Positions 1 through 10,789 of a stretch of DNA of 32,508 nt are shown in pieces. The stretch lies in NCBI RefSeq assembly GCF_006345805.1, contig NW_021832320.1:1-32508 (forward strand). The letters run 5' to 3'. This DNA comes from Octopus sinensis (taxonomy: Eukaryota). Made by a program: the position numbers and the translations under genes. The notes under the pieces were generated by a model. It made no database searches. It saw only the letters and a list, made by a program, of their open reading frames with translations, and was not told where the DNA came from. Numbering within the stretch: the first letter of the stretch is position 1; each line of letters opens with the position of its first letter.

Positions 1-46
1 GCAAGATCGAGATAAGTAAGTTTCGCAATACACAGATAAAACTCTG

Positions 47-248
47 TATGTGTGTGTGTGTGTAAATGCATGCATATATTATGATGAGCATGTATGTGTG
101 TGGGTGTGTGTGTGTGTGTGTGTGTGCAAGTTTATATAAGCATAGCTATATATATATATGTCTACACATGCATATATATACACTCATGAATATATAAATA
201 TGTTTGTATGTGAGGTTAATGTGGCACACACATATAAATAATAAATGA

Positions 249-293
<45 letters not shown>

Positions 294-345
294 TAGAGGA
301 GAGAGAGAGAGAGAGATACATACACACATACATCCACAAATACAC
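47..345. repeat. Compound microsatellite (TG)n/(TA)n/(GA)n/(CA)n
   Basis: Dinucleotide runs are visible directly; they explain the YIYIY/CVCV ORFs. Confidence 0.9.
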
Positions 346-359
346 ACACATATATTTTG

Positions 360-505
360 CTACTTGTTTCAATCATTTGACTGCGGCTGGAGCACTGCTT
401 TTAGCCAAACAAATCGACCCTTATTGTCTTGGTCTCTTTGGCTGAACTGCTAAGGTACGGGGACGTAAACATACCAGCATTGGTTATCGAGTGATGGTGG
501 GGATA
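360..505 (-). mobile_element. SINE family B, 3' half
   Basis: Reverse complement matches the plus-strand copies at 1170-1345, 9895-10090 and 28545-28750 (ctccagcatggccgcagtca..tgactgaaacaa). Confidence 0.75.
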
Positions 506-661
506 AAAACACAGACAGACAAACGCGCACACACACATTACACACACAGCCAATCCTTCACCTATATGTATATATATATAATTGACACATGTGTATGTAT
601 TTACATGCATGTGTCTGAGTGTGTAGGTATGTATGTACTCACACCCACACATGTATATATA

Positions 662-696
<35 letters not shown>

Positions 697-957
697 GAAT
701 ATCATACATGCATGAGCATGAGTTTATATATATATATAGATATATATAAGTCTCATATGTGATTACATATTTATGTATATGTTTCTCTGAGTGTGTGTTC
801 ATGTGTGTGTGTGCGCGCGCGTATGATGTTCGATAAAATTTCTGCGAAAGATCAGGTTTGGTTACTTCATATTTCTTGTATATATTTACTCCATTAAAAC
901 TTTGTGGAGGTTTTGGAATGTTATGAGGCAACATACATAGAGCATGCACAAATACAC

Positions 958-1345
958 GTGCAGGTATGACTGTGTAGTAAGAAGCTTGCGTAGGTGTAGG
1001 AGTGGCTGTGTGATAAATAGCTTGCTTAACAACCACATGGTTCCTGGTTCAGTACCACTGTGTGGCACCTTGGCCAAAGGTCGTCTACTGTAGCCTCAGG
1101 CCAACCAAAGCCTGTGAATTTGGTAGACGGAAACTAAAAGAATCCCATCATATATGTGTGTGTGTGTGTGTTCCCCACCATCACCCAACAACCAATGTTG
1201 GTGTGTTTATGCCTCCGTAAGTTAGCAGTTCAGCAAAAGAGACCATTGGAATAAGTATTAGGTTTACAAAGAATAAGTCCTGGGGTCAATTTGTTTGACT
1301 AAAGGCAGTACTCCAGCATGGCCGCAGTCAAGTGACTGAAACAAA
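958..1345 (+). mobile_element. tRNA-derived SINE family B (head, CORE-like segment, TG tract, 3' half), interrupted at its tail by a Helitron
   Basis: B-box-like ggttcagtacc and CORE-like gtggcaccttggc(c)aa; repeated elsewhere in the window; tail resumes at 1736. Confidence 0.8.
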
Positions 1346-1735
1346 TCTGTCTATATATAAAGCTGAAGTTGTCTGTGTGTCGCAGGTTTGGTAGCCTTCA
1401 ACTAACACTATCTCCTCCGAGACCCTGCGGTGCAAGTTGACCAAAATTGAGAGTATGATAGAAGGTTGGCTCTTCCTTCTAGAGAAGAAAAAATTCAAAT
1501 TCTACCATGTTAACACCAAAAATTATTTACATCAAAAAGGTGCTTTTTTTCTATGAAAATCCTTATTTTTTAATGATTTTTTGATTGCTGTGTTGCCATT
1601 TTTCTGTGTATTTCAACCAGAAAAATGTTCACTTAAAGAGAATAACAAGCTACATAATGCAAAATTTTTACTTTTCAAAAATTCCAATTCTAATGGGTCA
1701 AAACAAACCCGAGCAACACCAGGCGGTACTGCTAG
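1346..1735 (+). mobile_element. Non-autonomous Helitron (390 bp)
   Basis: Starts TC (tctgtctatatataaag), ends CTAG after a GC-rich subterminal motif (cccgagcaacaccaggcgg), sits between A and T with no TSD; the joined flanks rebuild the host SINE tail. Confidence 0.8.
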
Positions 1736-1754
1736 TAAAAGAATAACAGGAGAA

Positions 1755-2090
1755 AAACTCCATTGGTTACGACGATGAGTGTTCAAGTTGATCCAATCAA
1801 CAGGACAGGTTGCTCATGAAATTAACATGCAAGTGTCTGAGTATTCCATAGACATGCATAACCTTAATGTAGTTCTCAGGGAGATTCAGTGTGATACAGA
1901 GTGTGACACTGCTGGCCTTTTGAGGTGTAGGTACAACTTACTTTTGCCAGCTGAGTGAACTGGAGCAATGTGAAATAAAGTGTCTTGCTCAAGGACAAAA
2001 GCATCTGTCAAGTAGCAGACTCATGACCTTATGATTATGAGCTGAATGCCCCAACCACTCAGCCACACACCTTCACAATACTTACATATA
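1755..2090 (-). mobile_element. tRNA-derived SINE family C (degraded)
   Basis: Reverse complement of ...cttgagcaagacacttt..gctccag..cactcagctggcaaaa; shares a segment with 19190-19285 and the plus copies at 21410 and 31050. Confidence 0.65.
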
Positions 2091-2138
2091 TACTTTCATA
2101 AATGCACTTGTATTTCACACACACACATACATATATAT

Positions 2139-4946
2139 CATCATCATCATCATCATCGTTTAACGTCCGTTCTCCATGCTAGCATGGGTTGGACGGTTCG
2201 ACCAGGGATCTGGGAAGCCAGAAGGCTGCACCAGGCTCCAGTCTTATCTGGCAGTGTTTCTACAGCTGGATGCTCTTCCTAACGCCAACCACTCCGTGAG
2301 TGTAGTGGGTGCTTTTTAAGTGCCACCTGCACAGGTGCCAGGCGAGGCTGGCAACGGCCACGGTCAGATTGGTGTATTTTACGTGCCACCGGCACGGAAG
2401 CCAGTGGAGGCGGTGCTGGCATCGGCCACGAGTCGGATAGTGCTTTTTACGTACCACCAGACCAGGGAACCTGGCTGGTTCAATTCGATTTCGCTTGCCC
2501 CAACATGTCTTCGCAAGCAAGGGGGTTGGCATGGGTGCCTGTCGTACGGTCAGATTGGTGTATTTTACGTGCCACCGGCACAGAAGCCAGTGGAGGCGGC
2601 ACTGGCATCGGCCACAAGTCGGATAGTGCTTTTTACGTACCACCAGACCAGGGATCCTGGCTGGTTCAATTCGATTTTAACTTCGATTTCGATTTCGCTT
2701 GCCCCAACATGTCTTCGCAAGCAAAGGGGGTTGGCATGGGTGCCTGTCGTCGGATGAGGTTCTATATCGACTTCGCTTGCCTCAACAGGTCTTTGTGTCC
2801 AAGGGAGAAGGCATTCATAAGTGGCTGGGCTCACTTGTCCTGCCTGGTCTTCTCACGTACAGAATATTTCCAAAGGTCTCGGTCGCTGGTCATTTCCTCA
2901 GTGAGGCCTAAAGTTCGACGGTCGTGCTTCACCACTTCGTCCCAGGTTTTCCTGGGTCTACCTCTTCCACGGGTTCTCTCAACTGCTAAGGATTGGCACT
3001 TTCTCACACACCTATCTTCATCCATTCTCGCCACATGACCATACCAGCGCAATCGTCTCTCTTGCACACCACAACTGATGCCTCTTAGGTACAACATTTC
3101 TCTCAAGGTGCTAACGCTCTGTCGAGTATGTACACTGACATTACAGATCCATCGGAGCATACTGGCTTCATTCCTCACGAGCTTACGCATGTCCTCAGCA
3201 GTCACAGCCCATGTTTCACTGCCATGTAGCATGGCTGTTCGTACACACGCATCATACAGTCTGCCTTTTACTCTGAGCGAGAGGCCTTTAGTCACCAGCA
3301 GAGGTAAGAGCTCCCTAAACTTTGCCCAGGCTATTCTCTATTCTAGCAGTTACACTTTCAGCGCACCCACCCCCACTACTGACTTGGTCACCTAGATAAC
3401 GGAAGCTACAACTACTTCTAGTTTTTCCCCTTGGAAAGTGACTGAAGTTATTTTCTGCAGATTTTCGGAGGTTAATGCTCCTGAGCATCTGCCACATACA
3501 AAAACTATCTTCCCAGTTAGCCTACCTTTGACATTGCTGCACCTCTTATGTGTCCATAGCTTAACACGGGTACATCTTATAGAGTTTCTACCTACAACCT
3601 TTTCTACAGATCGAGCAGGGCCATCTTCCTGAAGACATTTGTGGATTGTCTACCTTCCTACTTATTAGTACTTTGGTTTTAGCTAGGTTGACTCTAAGGC
3701 CCCTCGATTCTAAACCCTCCTTCCACACCTGGAACTTCTCCTCCAGCTCTGATAGTGACTCAGCATAAGAGCAAGGTCGTCAGCGTAGAGGAGCTCCCAT
3801 GGACAACCTGTCTTGAATTCCTCCGTAATTGCTGTAGGACTATGATAAATAGGAGGGGGCTGAGTACTGAACCCGGTGGACCCCAACCTCTACTTTGAAT
3901 TCTTCTTGTGTACATGTTGCTAACCCTAACCTTACTTACGGCATCTCTGTACATGGCTTGCACAGTCCTCACCAGCCATTCATCTATCCCTAGTTTCCTC
4001 ATTGACCACCAGATAAGGGATCGGGGGACCCTATCAAAAGCTTTCTCCATGTCAACAAAAGCCAGGTACAGGGGCTTATCTTTGGCTAGGTATTTCTCCT
4101 GCAGCTGCCTTACCAGGAATATAGCATCCGTGGTACTTTTCCCTTGCACGAACCAAACTGCATCTCATCTAAACTAACTCTCTCTCTAATTAGTTGGGCT
4201 ATGACCCTCTCCGTAACCTTCATTACTTGATCCAACAGCTTGATACTTCTGTAATTATTTGTATCTAGGGCATCACCTTTACCTTTGTAGCAGTTGACTA
4301 GTATGCTGCTACACCAGTCATTGGTATTACTCCTTCGTGTATCACCTGGTTGACTATACGGGTGACTAGGTTATAGCCGACACTGCCAGATATTTTGAGC
4401 ATCTCTGCAGTAATTCCTGATGGGCCTGGGGCTTTCCCTGTCTTCATGCTTCTAATTGCCTTAGCTACCACGGAACTATCAACTCGGATAGCTGGTCCCT
4501 CTGTTGGGTCAACATTTGGCAGACTCTCTTTATCCCATTCATTTTCTTTATTCAGCAACCTTTCATAGTGGCATCTCCAAACCTCTCTCTTTGCATCCTC
4601 ATTTAGCGCAAGTGAACCATCATCCATGCAAACACACTTCTCTCCTACCACATCACGATTCTCTCTCACACACTGTCTTGCAACACGAAATACCTCAAGT
4701 CTTTCATCCTCACGGCTCAGAACATTGGCAAATTTTTTCTTATCCGCTTCCCCTCTGGCTAAATAAACCTGTCTCCTAGCTTCCTTCTGGCTGTCTGATA
4801 CAATTCCCTGCTACCACCGTTCCTCCAGTCCTTCCAAGCCTGTCTCTTTTGTCTAATAGCCCTGTCAACCACAGAGTTCCACCACCATGTTACTCTGGGT
4901 CGAGATGGTACTTTGCTCCATCCACAGATCTGGTCAGTGGCTGTCA

Positions 4947-4948
<2 letters not shown>
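2139..4948 (-). mobile_element. RTE-clade LINE, 5'-truncated, frameshifted RT ORF plus ~700-bp 3'UTR and (GAT)n tail
   Basis: ORFs 4759-4925, 4298-4669 (KAPGPSGITAEMLK), 3760-4149 (STTDAIFLVRQLQEKY..AFVDMEKAFDRVPR) and 2831-3295 (RRLRWYGHVARM..GRGRPRKTW) are RTE-type RT/C-terminal motifs; (CAT)n at 2139; (TA)n at the 5' junction. Confidence 0.92.
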
Positions 4949-4991
<43 letters not shown>

Positions 4992-5000
4992 TATATATTA

Positions 5001-5231
5001 GGCGGCGAGCTGGCAGAAGCGTTAGCGCTCTGGGTGAAATGCTTAGCGGTATTTCGTCTGTCGTTACGTTCTGAGTTCAAATTCCGCCGAGGTCGACTTT
5101 GCCTTTCATCCTTTCGGGGTCGATAAATTAAGTACCAGTTACGCACTGGGGTTGATGTAATCAACTTAATCCCTTTGTCTGTCCTTATTTGTCCCCTCTA
5201 TGTTTAGCCCCTTGTGGGCAGTAAAGAAATA
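5001..5231 (+). mobile_element. tRNA-derived SINE family A, full length
   Basis: A-box-like gagctggcagaa, B-box gagttcaaattcc, body gcctttcatcctttcggggtcgataaattaagtaccag, 3' end agccccttgtgggcagtaaagaaata; more than 15 related copies in the window. Confidence 0.85.
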
Positions 5232-5288
5232 TATATATATATGCATATATACATACATATATGTACATACATCTATACGTATTTATAT

Positions 5289-5890
5289 GTTAGTTAGTTA
5301 GTTAGTTAGTTAATTTGGCTCAAAAGCAAATAGCAAGGCCATGTAGGGGGACATGGAGTTAAGTACAGAGTGGTGTTCATGTAAAGAGTTCAGGCCACTT
5401 GAGGTCCAGGGAGGCTTTGAACAAAGCGCTCGTCGGCATCTTCACCATCTTGTCTGGCAGCTTGTTCCACGGATCCGCAACCCGGACGGAGAAAGCTCCT
5501 CTCCTTCGATTGAGATGAAATCGTCGCAGGTAGAGCTTTTCGGAATGACCCCGCAGCCGACGCTCCGGAGCAGGAGTAAAGAACAGCTCTTTCGAGAGGT
5601 TACACTTCCCGCTTATGATGTTGTGGGCGAGAATGAGATCACCACGGCGGCGGCGTTTTTCAAGAGAATAAAGGTCGAGTGTCCTCAGCCTTTCTTCGTA
5701 GGACAAATTTTTGAGACCATGAACCATGCGGGTAGCCAGCCTCTGGACTCTTTCGAGGTGCTGTATGTCTTTGAGGAGATAAGGAGAAGAGGCTTGAATC
5801 CCATACTCCAATATGGGTCTCACCAGCGTGACATAGAGTGGCAGGAATATGGCTGCTGTGAGCATTCCAAATGACCATCGAATCAAAAAC
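5289..5890 (-). mobile_element. CR1-type LINE 3' fragment (ORF2 C-terminus, 3'UTR, (TAAC)n tail)
   Basis: LYVTLVRPILEYG..LERVQRLATRMV..LSYEERL..L.SLEKRRRRGDLI..RLRGH..FS.RV...WN.LP is the CR1 ORF2 C-terminal signature; stop at 5377; ttagttag tail. Confidence 0.88.
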
Positions 5891-6330
5891 AATATGCATA
5901 TGTGGGCACAGGATGTCACGAAATGTGTACAACAAAAAATACGAAGTACAAGGATATGGAATATGAACTGTTTTTTCGAACAATTAAAGGCACAAATGGA
6001 AAACAAGACAAACAACATAAAGAACGACCCTTCATCAGTTGTTGGCTGTTTTTCTACTCTCGTATTTCGAGCATTTCACAACAAGATATGCTTTCGATAA
6101 AACAGTTGCTCCGATAAAGCAAATTAAATAAAATTTGAGATTCTGCGGAGGGTCAAAATTAGCAACAAAAACAGGACAGTGTAAACAAACAGGAAGGGCT
6201 GCTAAGCCTAAACAAGGTTGTGGTGGTGAACGCGTAAATCAAGCTTGGACAGGAGACAGAAAAGAACATGTCTTCCTTGATCCAGCTACAATGAAAGAAA
6301 CACAAGTTGGGATAAGAAAGAAAAATGGCC
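5891..6330. mobile_element. Dispersed repeat of the same family as the 11.2-11.5 kb fold-back (possibly Penelope-derived)
   Basis: Shares atgcatat.tggg.acagga and aaattaaat.aaatttgagatt..tgcggaggg with 11255-11517. Family assignment is inference. Confidence 0.45.
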
Positions 6331-6607
6331 GATAGTCACATGGGAGCCATGTGAGCAAAGGAGGAAGAGTGAGGGAGAGAGAAAGTGACAGACAGAGAAC
6401 TGTGAAGGAGAGAGGAAAAAATTGGAGATAGGATAAATGAGAAAAACAGGAGGGGGAGAAGGGGAGGTAGAAGAATAAGAGACAGGAAGAGAGAAAAAAA
6501 CCGAAAGAGTAACAGGATAGAATAGTGGGAGAAGAGGAGGTAAAAGAATAAGAGAGAGAAAAATGAAAGAGTAAAAAGAATAAAGTGCACATCAGAATAA
6601 TTAAAAT

Positions 6608-6695
6608 AAAACTTACTTGGAAGAGGATGCGTGGCGTTCAATCATATAAATATAAATATAATTGAACACCACACATCCTCTTCCAAGTAAGTTTT
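6608..6695. repeat. Hairpin: 35-bp inverted arms (33/35) with an 18-nt AT loop
   Basis: aaaacttacttggaagaggatgcgtggcgttcaat (6608-6642) versus attgaacaccacacatcctcttccaagtaagtttt (6661-6695). Confidence 0.92.
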
Positions 6696-6810
6696 CTCTC
6701 TTTCTCTCTGTATATAGATATACACATAGTCATCCCTTGCCATATTGTGGTTCACCTAGTGCACACTCGATACATTGTGGATTTTCCTGGGTGATATATG
6801 TAAATTTAAA

Positions 6811-7210
6811 AGGCAATGAGCTGGCAGAAACGGTAGCATGCCAGGCGAATTGCTTAGTGGTATTTCGTCTGCCGTTCCATTCTGAGTTCAAGTTCCGCCG
6901 AGGTCGACTTTGCCTTTCATCCTTTCGGGGTCGATAAATAAAGTACCAGTTACGCACTGGGGTCGATATAATTGACTTAATCCCTTTGTATGTCCTTGTT
7001 TGTCCCCTCTATATTTAGTCCCTTGTGGGCAATAAAGAAATAGGTATTTCCTCTGTCTTTACATTCTGATTTCAAATTCTACCAAGGTCAACTTTGCCTT
7101 TCATCCTTTCAGGGTGGATAAATTAAGTACTAGTTGCGCACTGGGGTCAATCTAATTGACTGGTTCCCTCGCCCAAAATTTCGGGTCTTGTGCCTAGAGT
7201 AGAAAAGAAT
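6811..7210 (+). mobile_element. Two head-to-tail SINE family A copies
   Basis: Two B-box/body units (6811-7042 and ~7043-7210) with different 3' ends. Confidence 0.8.
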
Positions 7211-7245
7211 ATATGTAAATTTATATTGCAGATTCTTCAGTTTAC

Positions 7246-7309
7246 CTGGGTTTCTGCAGCAGATAGGTAATTATATTTTCTCAGATTCTAATTATTTCTA
7301 TGGGAAGTT
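7246..7309 (-). CDS. Candidate internal exon (phase 1 to 2), ELPIEIIRI*ENIITYLLQKP, with an in-frame TGA
   Basis: Acceptor gtgttatgttccag, donor CAG|GTAAAC; unique island between SINEs; phase fits exon 13355-13435; single TGA at 7281-7283. Confidence 0.35.
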
Positions 7310-7351
7310 CTGGAACATAACACCCACAATAGTTGAGGGATTACTGTGTAC

Positions 7352-7416
<65 letters not shown>

Positions 7417-7575
7417 GGCACAGGTGTGGTAGAGGAAGCTTGCTTCCCAACCACATGGTTTGGGGCTCAGTCCCATTCCATGGCACCTTGGGCAAGTGTC
7501 TTCTGTTATAGCCTTGGGCAGACCAAAGCCTTGTCAGTGGATTTGGTAGACAGAAACCGAAAGAAGCTTGTCAAA
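7417..7575 (+). mobile_element. SINE family B head
   Basis: gcttcccaaccacatgg..cagtcccatt..ggcaccttgggcaagtgtctt..gtggatttggtagac. Confidence 0.75.
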
Positions 7576-7608
7576 TAAATATGTATATGTATATATATAT
7601 ATATATAT

Positions 7609-9872
7609 GAGGCTTGGAGAAGCCATTATGAAAGACTGCTGACTGTGGAGAATGAATGGGAGAGCCTTCCAAATGTTGACCCAGTTGAGGGACCAGCTTT
7701 CCCAATAGATAGCTTCCTAGTAGATAAAGAAATTAAGGGTATGAAGCCAGGAAAAGCCCCTGGCCCATCAAGAATCACTGCTGAGATGCTTAAAGCATCT
7801 GGTGGTGTGGGCTATGGCTTAGTCACCTGCATTGTAAACCAGGTAGTACATAATGGAGTCATGCCTAATGACTGGCGTAGCAGCACCATATTCAACTGCT
7901 ACAAGGGTAAACATGATGCTCTAGATAGGAATAACTACAGGGGTATTAAACTGCTGTATCAGGCGATGAAGGTCACAGAGAGGGTCATAGTCCATCTCAT
8001 TAGGGAGAGAGTCTGCTTAGATGAGACGCAGTTTGGTTTGGTTCCGGGTAGAAGTACCACTGATGCCATATTCCTGGTTCAACAACTGCAGGAGAAATAC
8101 CTAGCTAAAGATAAACCCCTCTACATAGCTTTCGTGGACTTGGAGATAGCTTTTGACAGGGTCCCCCGATCCCTTATCTGGTGGGCAATACGGAAACTGG
8201 AGATTGATGAATAGTTGATAAGGGCTGTACAGGCTCTATACAGAGAAGCCGTTAGTTAGGTTAGGATTGGCAACAAGTATAGTGAAGAATTCCGGGTAGA
8301 GGTAGGGGTCCACCAAGGTTCAGCCCTTAGTCCCCTTCTATTCATCATAGTCCTCTAAGCAATAACAGAGGAATTCAAGATGGGTTGCCCCTGGGAGCTC
8401 CTCTATGCTGATGACCTGGCCCTCATAGCAGAATCACTACTGGAACTAGAAAAGAAATTTTGGGTGCGGAAGCTAGGTTTAGAATCTAAGGGCCTTAGAG
8501 TAAATGTAGCAAAGACCAAAGTTATAGTAAGCAGAAAGGCGAACTCATCACATACACCCTCGGGCAGGTGGCCCTGCTCAATCTGTAGAAAAGGTGTAGG
8601 TAGTAACGCAATAAGATGTACCCAGTATAAGCTATGGATACATAAGAGGTGCAGCAACATCAAAGGAAAATTAACCGAGAAGATAGCTTTCGTGTGCGGC
8701 AGATGCACAGGGGCAATAGACACCACAGATACTCAGAAAACAGATTCCATCACACTCCAGGGGTAGAAACTAGAAGTAGTTGATAGTTTCCGCTACCTAG
8801 GTGACCAAGTTAGTAGTGGAGGTGGATGCTCAGAGAGTGTCACCACTAGAATACGAATAGCCTGGGCAAAGTTTAGAAAGCTCCTACCCCTACAGGTGAC
8901 AAAGGGTCACTCACTCAGAGTGAAAGGTAGATTGTATGATGCATGTGTGCGAACTGCCATGCTTCACAATAGTGAAACATGGGCTGTGACTGCAGAGGAC
9001 ATGCGAAGGCTTGAAAGAAATGAAGCTAGCATGCTCCGCTGGACGTGTAATGTCAGTGTGCACACATGACAGGGTGTAAGCGCCCTGAGAGAAATGCTGG
9101 ACTTAAGAAGCATCAGATGTGGTGCGCAAGAGAGACGTTTGCGCTGGTATGGTCATGTACTGCGGATGGATGAGGAGAGATGTGTGAAGAAGTGCCACTC
9201 CCAAACAGTCGAAGGCATCCAGGGGAGAGGTAGACCCAGGAAGACATGGGATAAAGGTAGTCAAGCATGACCTTCTAACGTTGGGCCTCATAGAGGCAAT
9301 GATGAAAGACCAAAATCTCTGGAGATATGCTGTGACTGCAAAGACCCGACAAATAATGTGAGTTCATGGTTGTTTCCTGCACCAGTTTCGCATAGCAGCC
9401 CCAGCCCATCCAAAGTACCTTGGATCACAGGACGGCCTGCTGTGCTTACCTTGAATCGTAGGGTGACCTGCTGTGCTTGAGGAGACCTATTGAGTCAAGT
9501 ACATCAACATCAAAATAAATATTAAATGGAAATTGTAGTTGTGATACTTGTGCCGGTGGCATGTAAAAAGCACCATCCAAAAGTGGCCGATGCCAGCGCC
9601 GCCTTGACTGGCTTCTGAGCCAGTGGCACGTAAAAAGCACCAACCAATCATGGCCACTGCCAACCTTCCCTGGCACCTGTGCCAGTGGCACATAAAAAGC
9701 ACCCACTACACTCACAGAGTGGTTGGTGTTAGGAAGGGCATCCAGCTGTAGAAACATTGCCAGATCAGACTGGAGCCTGGTGCAACCTCTTGGCTTCCCA
9801 GACCCCAGTCGAACCGTCCAGCCTGTGCTAGCATGGAATATGGATGTTAAACAATGATGATGGTATAGGTGT
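7609..9872 (+). mobile_element. RTE-clade LINE, second subfamily, 5'-truncated and degraded, with 3'UTR and (GAT)n tail
   Basis: ORFs 7645-8214 and 8380-8766 (ELLYADDLALIAE), further stop-interrupted C-terminal sequence to ~9360; the 3'UTR is the same family as 2139-2750. Confidence 0.92.
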
Positions 9873-9894
9873 ATATATATTTGTGTGTTTGTGT

Positions 9895-10090
9895 CTGTAT
9901 TTGTCTCCGTACCATCGCTTAACAACCAGTGTTGATGTGTTGCTTATGTCCCCGTAATTTAGCAGTTCAGCAAAAGGGACTGATAGAATAAGTACCAGGC
10001 TTACAAAAAGTCCTGGGATCGGTTTCCTTGACTAATAGGCACTGCTCCTGCATGGCCAGAGTCAAAATGACTGAAAAAAATAAAAGAGTA
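9895..10090 (+). mobile_element. SINE family B, 3' half
   Basis: accatcgcttaacaacc..gcagttcagcaaaag..gaataagtaccaggctt..gcatggcc.gagtcaaaatgactgaa. Confidence 0.7.
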
Positions 10091-10153
10091 AACAAATATA
10101 CATATACATATGTATCTCATATATACATACAAATATATATATATATATATTAT

Positions 10154-10194
<41 letters not shown>

Positions 10195-10197
<3 letters not shown>

Positions 10198-10475
10198 CAC
10201 CGTGATCACCATGACTGACTAGGCCATCAGATATTGCTACACATCGCTGGTCACAATGTGCTTCACATTTTTTAGCCTTCAAATGACACCAACCCATTGG
10301 CTGAGCCAGCAAGCCAACAGAAGAAAGAGAGAGAGAAAGCTGTGGCGAAGGAATACAGCAGGGATCACCACCAGCCCCTGCCAGAGCTTCGTGGAGCTTT
10401 TAGGTGTTTTCGTTCAATAAACACTCACAATGCCCGGTTTGGGATTTGAAACCATGATCCTACAACTGCAAGTCT
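10195..10475 (-). mobile_element. tRNA-derived SINE (family E), head truncated
   Basis: B-box-like ggtttcaaatccc on the minus strand near 10440-10455. Body recognised from memory as a common octopus SINE; single copy here. Confidence 0.55.
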
Positions 10476-10789
10476 ATATATATAGACTCTATTTCTTAGT
10501 CCTTCTATCTATAAATGCTCTAGTATCTATACAGCCTTGGTTTTTTTTCTTATTACGCAAAAAAATTCTTATATATATATATATATAGCTGACAGAACTA
10601 TTAGCACTCAGGACAAAATACTTTGCAGCATTTCATTCTTCTTAACATTCTCTCAACCTTTTGGGGTTGAACCGTGGAGTCAATCTAATCAACTTATTCC
10701 CTCCTCCAAACTGGCTGGCCTTGTGCCAAAATTTGAAACCAAGCTAACTTGACCATGATGCATTTATAATGATGACATGCTGGATTGAT

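Noticed and set aside
146-1077. ORFs rich in YI/CV/HT repeats (also 11.7-12.0, 22.0-22.3 and 32.2-32.5 kb)
   Set aside because: They are translations of dinucleotide microsatellites.
5001-5090. tRNA-like heads of the SINEs as tRNA genes
   Set aside because: A and B boxes are present, but there is no complete cloverleaf and they run into SINE bodies.
5353-5874. 173-aa plus-strand ORF
   Set aside because: Antisense shadow of the CR1 ORF.
6020-6085. Permuted hammerhead-like core on the minus strand (GCUC-GAAA...CUGAUGA-A-GGGU; similar at 11388-11436)
   Set aside because: Stem II can form but there is no stem I or convincing stem III in either copy.
6158-6286. Strong minus-strand acceptor followed by WIKEDMFFSVSCPSLIY.., in phase with exon 7246-7309
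   Set aside because: It lies in a pyrimidine-rich repeat-derived region, has no clear donor, and two frames are similarly open; at most an exonisation candidate.
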